DNA from: Chthoniobacteraceae bacterium
Lineage (GTDB): Bacteria; Verrucomicrobiota; Verrucomicrobiia; Chthoniobacterales; Chthoniobacteraceae
Length of the DNA: 64,000 bases
Reading direction: 5' to 3'
Assembly (NCBI GenBank): GCA_040081625.1
Contig: JBEBGD010000012.1
Location: 26,533-90,532 of the forward strand
The notes beneath the pieces are model-generated. The model had not been told where the DNA came from and did no database searches. It saw nothing but the letters and a program-made list of their open reading frames with translations. This document shows, in pieces, positions 1-10,222 of this stretch (positions are counted from its first letter, which is position 1; each line of letters starts with the position of its first letter). Both the position numbers and the translations under genes were made by a program.

Positions 1-2
1 GG

Positions 3-2594
3 GTGACCATTAGTGCGGCGACGCTCAGTGGCACAGTCAACCCGAACGCGCTTGCGACGACGGCGCAGTTTGAATACGGCGTGACGACCAGCTATTCGGG
101 CACGGGGAGCGTCACGGTTGCGCCGAATAACGGGACCAGCGAGCAGGCAGTGAGTGTGGCACTTTCCGGCTTGAACCCTCACACACTTTATCACTATCGA
201 CTTGTCGCGAGCAATGCGGCTGGCGATCCGGCTACTGCGGACGGGACATTCACGACGGCGAACTCGCTGCCGCTGGCTGCCAACGATACGTTTGAAACGC
301 CGGAGCCGGGAGCGTTTGAGGCGGATGTGCTGGCTAACGATGGTGGCGATCCTGATGGCGATACAGTGACGGTGGAATCGGTGAGCAATGCGATCGGTGG
401 CACGGCAGCGCCTAGCAGCGCCGGCACGCGCGTCCTCTTCACCCCGGGTGTGGGATTCGATGGCAACGGTAGTTTTGACTACACGGTGACCGACGGCTTT
501 GGCGGGACGGCCACGGCGCACGTGACGTTGACGGATACGACTGCTCCGGTGGTGGTATTGCCGGCCGGCCTTTCGGGCGGCACAGGCACAGGCGAAGCCG
601 GCGATGGTGGTGGTGGAAATATGACCGCTGAGGCGCAGAGCGCCGCTGGTGCGGTGGTGGACTTCGACGTGACCGCGGGCGACAACGTGCTGGTGGTCTC
701 GGTGGTGAACGCGCCTGCAAGTGGGAGCACCTTCCCGCTCGGCACGACGATCGTGACTTCGACGGCGACGGATGCGGCAGGCAATGTGGGCATGAGCAGT
801 TTCACGGTGACGGTGTCGGACACGACGGCGCCCGTAGTCAGCACCGCTGGCAATATCGTCGCGGAGGCGACGAGCGCGGCGGGAGCGACGGTGATATTCA
901 GCCCGACAGCCGGGGACGCCGTCGGTGTGACCTCGCTGACCACCAACTACGCGAGCGGGAGCACCTTCCCGATCGGAGCGAGGGCAGTGACGGTTACCGC
1001 CGGGGATGCGGCCGGAAACTCCGGCGGCGCTAGCTTCACGGTGACGGTGCAGGATACGACGGCACCAAGCTTCACTGCGGTGCCAGGGACGCAGACGGTG
1101 CGCTCGAATGTGGCGGGCCTCGCGCCGGTGCCGAATCTGGCATCGCAGGCTGCGGCCACGGATGCGGTCCGAGTCACCAGCTTCACGCAGTCGCCTTCAG
1201 CGGGTTCGACGGTGGGACTCGGCACGCACACGATCACGATCACCGCGAGGGATGCGGCGGGCCACATCAGCACGGCGGCGGTGTTGCTCAACGTGCTTCA
1301 GGGCAATCGGCCACCGGCCGCGGCTGCGGACTCGGAGTTCGCGGCAAGGGCGAGCGTGCTCATCGATGTGCTCGCAAATGATAGCGACATCGAGGGTGAT
1401 GCGTTCACGCTTGCGTCGGTCTCGCAACCGGTCAGTGGGGGCGTGGCGAGGATCGAAGCGGGCAAGGTGCGCTTCACGCCGAGTGCAACGGTCAGCGCGC
1501 CGATTACGTTCACTTACACGGTGAGCGATGGCATGGACAGCGGCACGGGGACGGTGACGATCAAGCCAGTGAGCAATCTGAGCGGCAACTATGTGGGCCT
1601 GCTCAGCGACGGTAGCACGGCGCTGGGGCGCGTGCGGCTGGCGGTGAGTGTCAGTGGTGCGGTGAGCGGCAATGTCCAGCGCGATGGTGGCACGCTGAGT
1701 TTCAAAGGCAGCGTGATCGGTGGCGGCCTGATCAGCGTCTTCACCGGCGCCAAGACGCCGCGGATCCCGCTTACGGTGACGGTGGGCGAGAATGACGCCT
1801 CGGGCCGCTCGATGCTCGTCGTCTCGGTTCCGGCACCGGTCACGGGCACGCTTACGGGATTGCTCGAGCGTTCGCCTTACGATGCGTCGCATCCGGCGCC
1901 TCAGGCTGGCCGCTACACGATCGTGGCAAATCTGCTTGACGGCGGAGTCGGGCCTGCCACGGGCGCGGTCCTCACGTGCAATATCACCACCTCGGGCGCC
2001 GCGACCTTCAGCGGCCGGCGCGCTCACGGCGGTAGCATCAGCTCCGGCGGGCAACTGCTGGCTGGCGGGCGGCATCCGTTCTTCCAGGCCATCGGCGCCG
2101 TGGCGGTGACCGAGCGACTCGTGGGCGAGTTGGTCTTCGACCGCGCCGCGTCGCCTGCCGTGAGCGGCACCTTGAGCTGGCACTTGCCGGTGGGCCTGAA
2201 TCCGCGGCTGGCCGCGGGCGTGGAGCAGGACTATGCGATGCTCGGCATGCCCTATACGCCAGGTGCAAATGCGGCGGCGATGTATTCCCCAGCCGCCACT
2301 GCAGCTACGCTCACGTTGGAGCTGCCGAGCGTGCCGGAATCGCCGCTGTCGCTGAGCCTGAATCTCGCCGGCACCTATTCCCGCGGCTTTCAGCGCGTGC
2401 TATCGACGGTCGGGCCGACCCATATCGACATGTTCCCGAGCACCGGATTCTTCTACGGGGAATACAAACCGGCGCGCGCCGTGAAACGGCCGTTCTTCGG
2501 CGTAGTGCTGCAAGGCGCTGGCTACAACTACGGCCAGGGGAATGCGCTCGACGCGACCACCATTCAGAACATGGCGCTGACGGTCGTGCCCTAG
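3..2594 (+). CDS. Large secreted/surface protein, probably 5'-truncated by the window edge: FN3-like domain, Ig-like domains, HYR repeats, verrucomicrobial beta-rich C-terminal region
   Basis: The ORF is open from the window edge and has no signal peptide. Motifs: ATLSGTVNPN..FEYG..YHYRLVA (FN3-like); DVLAND.D.(D/E)GD..F.YTV.DG twice (Ig/cadherin-like); DTTAP..SGSTFP(L/I)G..VT.TA.DAAGN repeats (HYR). Confidence 0.75.
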   Translation: MTISAATLSGTVNPNALATTAQFEYGVTTSYSGTGSVTVAPNNGTSEQAVSVALSGLNPHTLYHYRLVASNAAGDPATADGTFTTANSLPLAANDTFETPEPGAFEADVLANDGGDPDGDTVTVESVSNAIGGTAAPSSAGTRVLFTPGVGFDGNGSFDYTVTDGFGGTATAHVTLTDTTAPVVVLPAGLSGGTGTGEAGDGGGGNMTAEAQSAAGAVVDFDVTAGDNVLVVSVVNAPASGSTFPLGTTIVTSTATDAAGNVGMSSFTVTVSDTTAPVVSTAGNIVAEATSAAGATVIFSPTAGDAVGVTSLTTNYASGSTFPIGARAVTVTAGDAAGNSGGASFTVTVQDTTAPSFTAVPGTQTVRSNVAGLAPVPNLASQAAATDAVRVTSFTQSPSAGSTVGLGTHTITITARDAAGHISTAAVLLNVLQGNRPPAAAADSEFAARASVLIDVLANDSDIEGDAFTLASVSQPVSGGVARIEAGKVRFTPSATVSAPITFTYTVSDGMDSGTGTVTIKPVSNLSGNYVGLLSDGSTALGRVRLAVSVSGAVSGNVQRDGGTLSFKGSVIGGGLISVFTGAKTPRIPLTVTVGENDASGRSMLVVSVPAPVTGTLTGLLERSPYDASHPAPQAGRYTIVANLLDGGVGPATGAVLTCNITTSGAATFSGRRAHGGSISSGGQLLAGGRHPFFQAIGAVAVTERLVGELVFDRAASPAVSGTLSWHLPVGLNPRLAAGVEQDYAMLGMPYTPGANAAAMYSPAATAATLTLELPSVPESPLSLSLNLAGTYSRGFQRVLSTVGPTHIDMFPSTGFFYGEYKPARAVKRPFFGVVLQGAGYNYGQGNALDATTIQNMALTVVP

Positions 2595-2741
2595 CGCAGG
2601 CGGAAGTTGGCTATTGGGAGTCGGCGGGGGGATGTGGACGTTCGGTCCATGTCCTCCCGCCTCTCCGCTTTCAAGCCCCTCGCCGCCGCGTTCATCCCCG
2701 GGCTTGAGCGGCATCACAAAGCCCCATGCCGCCGTGTGTGT

Positions 2742-2766
2742 GCGAATTCACAAAGGAAGTGCAACA
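2742..2766 (+). repeat. 25-bp direct repeat, copy 1 (GCGAATTCACAAAGGAAGTGCAACA)
   Basis: 23/25 identical to 55626-55650 in the same orientation. Both copies lie between convergent genes. Confidence 0.8.
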
Positions 2767-3002
2767 CGGGTGCCCGCCACACCGAGAGTGACGCCAACGA
2801 GTCGCGCCGATTCCCACGCCGATGCGCTCGCGTATTTCCGGCGGCTCCGTGAGGCGTATCGCGCTCCCGGTTGCGATTCATTCGATGGCGTCGTGATGAT
2901 GCGGGCTGGCTCGGCGTATCCGGTGCAGTTGCGGAGTGCGGCGGAGGAGTGCCGCGTGTGGGTGAAGCACCATCTGCTCCCACAACTTTCCCCGGCGGGC
3001 AG

Positions 3003-4649
3003 TCACCTTGTCCGGCTTGAGATCACGACGAGCGAGACGGCTTGCCGTGGCAGCATGAAGCGGATCGTGGCGCTCGCGGCGTTTACTTCGATCGTCTGCG
3101 ACGCTGCGAGCGGCGCGAGTTGGGCGGCAAGTTCAAGCTCGCGATATTGCACGGGCGTCGGTTGTCGGGGAGAGCCGAGGCGTTTCCATGCCTCGAATGA
3201 ATTGCTGTGCTGCGCGTCGATGCGGAAGTGCTCGACCTGCGCGGGCCCGTTCGCGAGCGGCAGGCCGCCGAGGGACAGCTCGATCTCGGCGTCTGGGCCG
3301 GGCACATCGTCGTCGTGGTAGTGCCATGCGAGGACGCAGAGCTTCTTTCCGTCGAGGCTCGCGAGCGCGGCGACGTCTGCTTTGCCACGCACGCCGGCCT
3401 TGAGCATCTCGTCGAGCGGTATGGCGCCGTCGCATTCTGCGGCGATTCGGCGGCCGCTCATTTTGGAAAACATGCGGAAGACATTCATCACCGGCAGATC
3501 GAGCCCGCCGCTGGCGAGCTGGCGGAAGCCGGCGAAGAGCGGCTGATCCTCGAACGTGAACGCCCATGTCAACGCGCCTTCGAGGTTCACGCCGTGGCGG
3601 TCGGCGAGATCGTGTTTGCGCGCGAAGCTCGCGGCGGTGTAGCTCGAATACATCGTCGTGTTGCGGTAGCCGAGCTGCGGGCCCTGGCACGCGGCACAGC
3701 CGTCGGGGTCCGACTCGCCGATCACGATCGGCTTGTTCTTCAACTCAGGAAAACCGGCGATGACGGCGAAGGCGCGGTCGATGTCGTTGAGCTGATTCGA
3801 GATGCCCATCCGCACGTGGCCATCGACAAATTTCGGCGAGCCTTTCGCGTGGAATGAGATGAAGTCGATCGGCGTCCCGGCGTTCAGACAGTGCGCGAGA
3901 AACTCCGCGAGGAACTTCCCGCCCGGTCCGCCCGCGACATCCGGCCCGCCGACTTTCGCTGTCGGCAACGCGCGGCGCACCGCGCGGATCGCGCGATCGT
4001 GCAGCACGTAGAATTCGTCCCGCGTGCCGCGCCAGTAGGGGATGTTCGGCTCGTTCCACGTCTGCCAATACCAGCGCTCCACTTCCTCGCGCCCGTATTT
4101 CTCGACGCAATGTTTCGCCCACTGGAAGACGAGTTCCTCCCACTTCGCGAAGTCCTTCGGCGGATACGCCCAGCCGCGATAGATATCCTCGTATTTCGCC
4201 TTCGGCGTCCACGCGTGCTGATACGGCTCGGGCTTCACCGAGAGCGCCTTCGGCATGAAGCCGATCTGCGCATACGGTCGCACGCCGCGCGCGAGATACG
4301 CGTCGAAGATGCGATCGACGATCGTCCAGTCGTAGATCGGTTTCCCGTCCGCGTCCTCGGTGTAGGCGTTCGTGCTGCCCCACTTCAGCGCGGGCGTGCC
4401 GTCGCCGGTGGTGAGCAGGTTGTGCGTGCGGAAGAACACCTCGCCGCGGCGCAGCTCGCCGAGCTCGCCGAGCAGTTTGCTGCCGTCTTTCATGTAGGCG
4501 TAGTTCGGTTCATCGGCACCGAAGAACCGCCAGATCGGTTTCAGCTCGCCGAGCGGCTTTGCTGCATCCACGCGGATCGTGACGGGAAACGGGTCAGCAG
4601 CGGATGCGGCGGCGACGATGGCGAGGAGCGCGAGCGTTTGGATTCTCAT
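3003..4649 (-). CDS. Glycoside hydrolase family 39 (beta-xylosidase/alpha-L-iduronidase-like), secreted, ~548 aa
   Basis: Start reassigned to ATG 4649 (MRIQTLALLAIVAAASA signal peptide; ATGA overlap with the upstream stop). Motifs GADEPNY, FFRTHNLL, WNEP (acid/base), ISFHAKG, IGESD (nucleophile), WAFTFEDQP. Confidence 0.85.
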   Translation of the reverse strand: MRIQTLALLAIVAAASAADPFPVTIRVDAAKPLGELKPIWRFFGADEPNYAYMKDGSKLLGELGELRRGEVFFRTHNLLTTGDGTPALKWGSTNAYTEDADGKPIYDWTIVDRIFDAYLARGVRPYAQIGFMPKALSVKPEPYQHAWTPKAKYEDIYRGWAYPPKDFAKWEELVFQWAKHCVEKYGREEVERWYWQTWNEPNIPYWRGTRDEFYVLHDRAIRAVRRALPTAKVGGPDVAGGPGGKFLAEFLAHCLNAGTPIDFISFHAKGSPKFVDGHVRMGISNQLNDIDRAFAVIAGFPELKNKPIVIGESDPDGCAACQGPQLGYRNTTMYSSYTAASFARKHDLADRHGVNLEGALTWAFTFEDQPLFAGFRQLASGGLDLPVMNVFRMFSKMSGRRIAAECDGAIPLDEMLKAGVRGKADVAALASLDGKKLCVLAWHYHDDDVPGPDAEIELSLGGLPLANGPAQVEHFRIDAQHSNSFEAWKRLGSPRQPTPVQYRELELAAQLAPLAASQTIEVNAASATIRFMLPRQAVSLVVISSRTR

Positions 4650-7600
4650 TGTGTGATTAGTAAGCGGAAGAAGCCCTGGGTGCCGGGCGCGAAGGGGATG
4701 GAGAAGACGATGTTGTTGCCGGTGCCGGATTCCGGGGCGCCGATCTCGTCCCACTGGCCCGCGGTGAGATCGGCGCAGTATTGGAGTTGATACGTGTGGC
4801 CGACGACGCTGGCCGGCATCGTGAAGGTCATCGCGGTGCCGCCGGAAGTGAACGCGAGCGTGCCACCGCGCAGCTCGACGGCGCTGAATGCTGGCGACTC
4901 CGCCGTCGCGCCCGCCTCGCTCGAATCGGCGCCGGTGCCGGTGAAGTTCTGCGCCGCGACGACATAGTAGCGCGCGGCCATTGGGAGGCCGGTGTGGGTG
5001 AAGTTCGTGCCGGCGAGCGTGGCGAGCGCCGAGTAGGGGCCGCCGCTCGAGGCGGAGGTCTTCACGAGATACGTGCTCGCATTCGCGACCGGATCCCACG
5101 CGAGCGCAATCTCCTGCGGGCCGGGCGTGGCGGCGAGGTTCTGCGGCGCGGTCAGCAGCGTTTGGAAAGTGGTGATCTCACCTGCGGTGAGCGTGCGGGT
5201 GTAGATGCGGAAGTCGTCGATGACGCCGTTGAGGCTCGGGTCGGCGCCCCACTGCGAGTCGCCGAGCCAGTTCATCGTGGTGACCCCGAGCTGAGACGGG
5301 CGGTTCGTGACACTCGTGTTGGTGCCGGCGACGGCGCCGTTCACGTAGAGCGTGAGCGTGTTGCCGGAGAGGGAGACGGCGACGTGATTCCACGTGCCGG
5401 CGGTGAGCGCGATGGAACTGTCCACGCCCTGCTCGGCTGCATTCGCCACACGGAAGGCGAAGCGCGGCTGGCCCGTGGTGCCGGCGCGCTGCGTGGTGAG
5501 GAACATGTAGTTCGTCGTGTCGGTGCCGAAGTCGAAAATGCGCGCCCACGTCGCAAACGTGGTCGGATTCACCCACGCGGTGATGGTGAAGTCGTCGAGC
5601 GTGGACACGATCCCGTTTTGCATCGTGACGCTATCGGCGTTCACGCCGCCGAGCGTGACGGCGTTGCCGATCTGGCCCGCGACGAAGGCCGCGGCGCCCC
5701 CGAGCGTCGCATCCCAGCCATTTCCCGTCGCATCCACCGCATTTGTCCCATTCGTCTCATCGAACTTCAAATGCACGAGCAGCTCGCTCGGCACGGCGCT
5801 GATCTCGTCGGAGGGATTGCTCTCGCCGTGCGTGTTTGTAGCGGTGACGATGTAAAAATACGTGGTGCCATTTGTGAGCGGGGAGTCGCTGAGGCTGGGC
5901 GACGCGAGCCCGTTGGCGACGGGCGCGTAGCCGGTGCCGCTCGTGAGGCTGCGCTTCACGCTGTAGGTCTGCGCGCCCTGGCTGGCGATCCACGAGAGGT
6001 CGATGCGGCTCGATCGCGGCGCGCCGACGACGCCGCTCGGCGGCGCGGGCGCGATGTCGAGCAACGCGGTGATTTCCGCGCCGCTGAGCGCGTAGTTGTA
6101 GATGCGGAAGTCGTCGAGCCTGCCGTTCAGCAGCGGATCGTTCACCCATTGCGAGTCGCCGATGAAATTCACCGACGGGCGGAAATCGTCGGGATTGATC
6201 GTCATCGCGGTGTTCGTCGCGACGACCGCGCCATCGACGTAGAGCGTGCCGGTGTCGCCGCTGAGCGTGAACGCGACATGCACCCAACGGCCGCTGGGCA
6301 TTACGGTCGCATTGATCTGTTGCACGAAGCCGCCGTTGATCATTTCCAAGCGCATGCCACTACCGGCGTTCGAAGTGAGCTCGAGATACTGGCTGGTGCC
6401 GTTCCCGAAGTCGAAGATGCGCTGGTGAAGAGCGCCACCGTTCCAAAAGACGAACGCCGCAATCGTGATGTCCTGGTAGCTCGCCGCGCCGTCGGGCAGC
6501 GTCACCACGTCATCCGCGCCATCGAGCACGATGCTCTGCGCGGTGCGGCCGGGAATGTAAGCGGGCGAGCCAGCCGCGTTGCCATTCGCGTTGCCGAGCG
6601 CGTCGGCGACGTTGTTCTCAAAGAGCAGATGCGTGCGCAGTCCGAAGCCGAGCACGGTGATGTTCAGCGTCGCGTCGGCGAAGGCGCTGGTGCCGTCCGT
6701 CACGCGCACGGTGAAGACATTCGCACCCACGTCGCCCACGGCGGGCGTGCCCGTGAGCGCGCCACTCGCCGCGACGGCGAGCCACGCGGGACCGCTGACC
6801 TTGCTGAATGTGAGCGTGTCGCCCGCGTCCACGTCGCTCGCATCGCCGGCGAGCGTCGCGAGTGCGAACGCGTAGGGCTGGTCGCGTGTGACGGCAGGCT
6901 TCGCGATGGGTGACGCGTTCCACGTCGGCGCGTCGTTCACGTTGCCGACGGCGATGTAAAGATTCGCGTCGTCGGTCGCGCCGCTCGGGTCGGTCACGCG
7001 CACGACGAACAAATTCTCGCCGACGTTCGCGTTCGCCGGCGTGCCGGTGAGCGCGCCAGTGCTCGCCACGCTCAGCCACGGCGGGCCGCCGACTTTTAAA
7101 TACGTGAGAGTGCCGCCGTTCGCATCCGTCGCCGAGCCCGCGATCGTCTGCGAATACGCCACGTCCTCGGTCGCATTCTGCTTCACCATCGGATCGCTCG
7201 TGAAAGTCGGCGCGTTGTTCGCGCTCTGTCCCCACACCGCATACACGTCGCTGCCGCTGAGCGCGTGGTTGTAGATTCGGAAATCGTCGATGCGGCCGCT
7301 GAAGAGCGGGTCGCCATTCCACATGCTCTTGCCGAGATAGCAGAAGGTCTGGCCGAAAAGCGGATCGACGGTGGCGGTGTCCGCGTCCACCGGCACGCCG
7401 TTCACGTAGAGCGTCGCGGTGTCGCCATTGAGCGTCACGGCGACGTGCGTCCATGTCGCCGTGGGCATCGCCGGGCCGTCGAGCGTCACGCTGTCGTCGT
7501 TGTTGCGCGTCGTCGTGATCTGGAAGCGCAGCGTGTTCGATCCCGACTTTGGCGTGACGAACATGTATTTCTCGATCTCGCTGCCGAAGTCGAAGACGCG

Positions 7601-9958
7601 CTGCCACGCGCCGCCGCCGTTCCAATACACCCACACGGCGATCGTGATGTCCTGGTAATTCCCGCTGCCGACCGGGAGCTGCACGAAGTCGTCCACGCCA
7701 TCGAGGCTCACCGCCTGCCCGCTTTGGCCCACGGCAAAACCCGGCCCGCCCGTCGAGCCGCCCATCGCCGCGCCATGCCGCGTGCCGACGATGTCGTCGA
7801 GCGTGTTCTCGAATGTGTAACGCGTGACGAGCGATTGCGTCACCGCCAGCTCCGCGCTGTTTGCCGTCTCGCCGCCCGGCGCCTCGGCGGAGACGACGTA
7901 GTAATAGGTCGCGCCGTTCGCGACGTTCGGGTCGGTGAAGGTCGTGTCGAGTTCGCGCGCGGTGCCGATCGTCGTGTAAGGCCCGCCGCTCGTCGTGGCG
8001 CGTTTCACGTTGTAGCTCGTCGCGTAAGCCGAGCCCCACCAGTTCAGCGTGATCTTGTTCGTGCTCCAATTTCCCACGAGCCCGCCCGGCACCGCGCCGG
8101 TCGCGATCGGATCGAGCGTGAAGGTCAGCGTGCCGAGCCCGAACCAATCCACCTGCGATGGATGATACTCCGTGTGTGGCCGGTCTTCGGGCCGGAGCAA
8201 CTCGGCGACGAGTTTGCTGTAAGGCGCGGCGAGGCCCTTGATGTTCACGTAGTGATTGTAGATCTGCTCGTAGATCGGGATGAACCCGCTGCGCGGCGCG
8301 ATCGCGCCCTCGGTGTAGCTCAGCGACGCGTTGCGATGCCGCGTGTAAGGCACGTCGTAGCCGAGGTTGTATTTCGCGTTGTATTCAAACGCGCGCAGCG
8401 CGCGGTTGTTGTCGTAGCCGTAGAGATCGTCGCCCTGGCTCCACGCGATCTGGCAGAGCAGCGCCATCGCCATCCAGCCGGTAATGCTGTGCGGCTGGTC
8501 GCGCCCGGCCTCCTCGCCCTGCCCGAGGCCGTTCGGATGAATCATCCACGCCGCGCGCTCGATGCGGCCGTTGCCGGGGCCATATTTGAAGTAGTCGATC
8601 GCCTGCTCATAGACCGCGCGGTTGTCGCAGAACACGCCGATCGCAGCCATCGAGGCCATGTTGAACGTGTCCCAGTTCAGGCGGTAGTGCGTGTTGCCGC
8701 CCTTGGAAATCGGCGTGCCGTGATGCCGCCACAGGAAGTCGAAGTTCGCGGGGTAAAACACCCGCATCATCATGTCCTTGTAGGCCTGCTTATCCGCCAT
8801 CGGCCAGCCGGGGTAAGTGCTGAGCAGATCGCCGCCGATGGCGAAGAGATACCCGCAGATGCCGGCGGCGAGTGAGCCGTTCGTGTCGCCGGTGACCCCG
8901 AGCAGATCGGACCAGACATTCGCGATCAGCACCGCGCGGTCAGCATACGCGGCGTCGCCCGTGATGTGCCAGCGCAGCGCCAGCTCGTAGATCGCCTGCG
9001 CGTCCTGTTGTGAGCGCGTGTAGTTGTTCGGATTCGCGCCGCCACGATTGATGTAGTCCACGTTGTAAGGTCCCCACCACGTCTGCGCATACGGGCTCGC
9101 GGCGAGGATGTCGTAGTCGGACTTCCACGGCTGCGCATTCGCCGCGACCTTCGCCGCCATGCGCGTGAGATCGGTCTGCGTGTGCAGCGTGCCGGGATGA
9201 GAAAATGGCGCGTATGGCGCGGCCGACGCCGTCATGTTCGCCAGGAAAACTCGGTCGCCCGACAGCGTCGTGATCGGCCCTCCCCACCATTCACGCGTGT
9301 AAGCCGTCCCGCCGGAATACGGATCCGTGCTCGTGCCGAGCCACTCGAAGTAGGTGCCGCTGCCATTGCCGATTCGGAGATCGAATCCGTAGGTGGTGTT
9401 CGGCTCCAGATGCACCGCGAACGGCAGGTTGAATGTGACGTAAGTGCCCGTCCCGTTCGCCGTCTGCCCGGCGCCCGGGTTGCCCGTTCCGCCTGCGATG
9501 AAGTTCTGCGTGCATTGCACGGCATAGGATGTCCCGGTGATCCTGCCGATCTCCACCATGATGGGGCCGAAGCTCGCGTTCAGGTTCCATGCGGTGCTGT
9601 TGGCGCCAGTCGCCGTGTTGTTTGTGTAACCCGCCATTCGCACGGTGACGGAGGTCAGATCGTAGCCGTTCGCGTTACTGCCGGTCGTGATCGCCTGCCC
9701 CTGCCGTGGCCGATCGCCGGCGACGTAGGTGCTTTCATCATTCGCCGCGCCATTGTCCGCGCCGCCATCCGCATTAACTCCGGAGCCGCCGATGTTCGCC
9801 GCGTCGAAGGCCGCGCCTGTCCAGTTCGCGACGCTCGCCGCGCCTCCCGCGGGCTCGGTCGAGGAATACGTGATGGTCGAGTTGAAGGTGAGCGGGTGAG
9901 CGCGTAGGCCGGCGGCCAGCGCGAGCAACGCTCCGAGGGGGACAAGCCAGCGGGTCAT
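4646..9958 (-). CDS. Secreted alginate-lyase-family protein with FN3, three LamG and two Ig/cadherin-like domains, ~1770 aa
   Basis: Signal peptide MTRWLVPLGALLALAAGLRA. Catalytic-type region HPGTLHT..NWD..AIGVFCD..EAGRDQPH. LamG motifs W.RIFDFG..DDFRIY three times. PAWLAV..GALTGTP repeats; C-terminal FFRLLITQ. Confidence 0.75.
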   Translation of the reverse strand: MTRWLVPLGALLALAAGLRAHPLTFNSTITYSSTEPAGGAASVANWTGAAFDAANIGGSGVNADGGADNGAANDESTYVAGDRPRQGQAITTGSNANGYDLTSVTVRMAGYTNNTATGANSTAWNLNASFGPIMVEIGRITGTSYAVQCTQNFIAGGTGNPGAGQTANGTGTYVTFNLPFAVHLEPNTTYGFDLRIGNGSGTYFEWLGTSTDPYSGGTAYTREWWGGPITTLSGDRVFLANMTASAAPYAPFSHPGTLHTQTDLTRMAAKVAANAQPWKSDYDILAASPYAQTWWGPYNVDYINRGGANPNNYTRSQQDAQAIYELALRWHITGDAAYADRAVLIANVWSDLLGVTGDTNGSLAAGICGYLFAIGGDLLSTYPGWPMADKQAYKDMMMRVFYPANFDFLWRHHGTPISKGGNTHYRLNWDTFNMASMAAIGVFCDNRAVYEQAIDYFKYGPGNGRIERAAWMIHPNGLGQGEEAGRDQPHSITGWMAMALLCQIAWSQGDDLYGYDNNRALRAFEYNAKYNLGYDVPYTRHRNASLSYTEGAIAPRSGFIPIYEQIYNHYVNIKGLAAPYSKLVAELLRPEDRPHTEYHPSQVDWFGLGTLTFTLDPIATGAVPGGLVGNWSTNKITLNWWGSAYATSYNVKRATTSGGPYTTIGTARELDTTFTDPNVANGATYYYVVSAEAPGGETANSAELAVTQSLVTRYTFENTLDDIVGTRHGAAMGGSTGGPGFAVGQSGQAVSLDGVDDFVQLPVGSGNYQDITIAVWVYWNGGGAWQRVFDFGSEIEKYMFVTPKSGSNTLRFQITTTRNNDDSVTLDGPAMPTATWTHVAVTLNGDTATLYVNGVPVDADTATVDPLFGQTFCYLGKSMWNGDPLFSGRIDDFRIYNHALSGSDVYAVWGQSANNAPTFTSDPMVKQNATEDVAYSQTIAGSATDANGGTLTYLKVGGPPWLSVASTGALTGTPANANVGENLFVVRVTDPSGATDDANLYIAVGNVNDAPTWNASPIAKPAVTRDQPYAFALATLAGDASDVDAGDTLTFSKVSGPAWLAVAASGALTGTPAVGDVGANVFTVRVTDGTSAFADATLNITVLGFGLRTHLLFENNVADALGNANGNAAGSPAYIPGRTAQSIVLDGADDVVTLPDGAASYQDITIAAFVFWNGGALHQRIFDFGNGTSQYLELTSNAGSGMRLEMINGGFVQQINATVMPSGRWVHVAFTLSGDTGTLYVDGAVVATNTAMTINPDDFRPSVNFIGDSQWVNDPLLNGRLDDFRIYNYALSGAEITALLDIAPAPPSGVVGAPRSSRIDLSWIASQGAQTYSVKRSLTSGTGYAPVANGLASPSLSDSPLTNGTTYFYIVTATNTHGESNPSDEISAVPSELLVHLKFDETNGTNAVDATGNGWDATLGGAAAFVAGQIGNAVTLGGVNADSVTMQNGIVSTLDDFTITAWVNPTTFATWARIFDFGTDTTNYMFLTTQRAGTTGQPRFAFRVANAAEQGVDSSIALTAGTWNHVAVSLSGNTLTLYVNGAVAGTNTSVTNRPSQLGVTTMNWLGDSQWGADPSLNGVIDDFRIYTRTLTAGEITTFQTLLTAPQNLAATPGPQEIALAWDPVANASTYLVKTSASSGGPYSALATLAGTNFTHTGLPMAARYYVVAAQNFTGTGADSSEAGATAESPAFSAVELRGGTLAFTSGGTAMTFTMPASVVGHTYQLQYCADLTAGQWDEIGAPESGTGNNIVFSIPFAPGTQGFFRLLITQ

Positions 9959-10037
9959 CAAATGGGTGGGGTCGCGTGAGCGGTGAACGTTCTCGGTCGC
10001 GGGGAATGCGGCGGAAGGTTTCGGCTTGGTGCGAAAA

Positions 10038-10217
10038 TCATTTCTCGGCCTCCTCGCGCCAGTTTCGCGCGCGGTGCCAGAACATCACGAGCGCCGCACC
10101 GGGAAACCCGGCGACCAGCAGCGCTGACAAGTATGCGCCCGCGCTCACCAGAGAGCCGGCGAACACCGCGAGCGGCACGAGTGCGCTGCTCATTATGATT
10201 CGTCGGATGCGAGTCAT
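10038..10217 (-). CDS. Possible small membrane protein (59 aa)
   Basis: ATG lies 5 nt after the stop of the upstream gene on the same strand. Hydrophobic core ALVPLAVFAGSLVSAGAYLSALLVAGFPGAALVMFW with basic flanks. Confidence 0.4.
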   Translation of the reverse strand: MTRIRRIIMSSALVPLAVFAGSLVSAGAYLSALLVAGFPGAALVMFWHRARNWREEAEK

Positions 10218-10222
10218 TCGGC

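Noticed and set aside
561..620. Gly-rich insertion (GLSGGTGTGEAGDGGGG) in the first HYR repeat
   Set aside because: In-frame low-complexity loop with no evidence of a special function.
2595..3002. Short ORFs in the 400-bp gap (2607-2852, 2614-3321)
   Set aside because: They could be gene debris around the 25-bp repeat, but there is no recognisable family, and one overlaps GH39 antisense.
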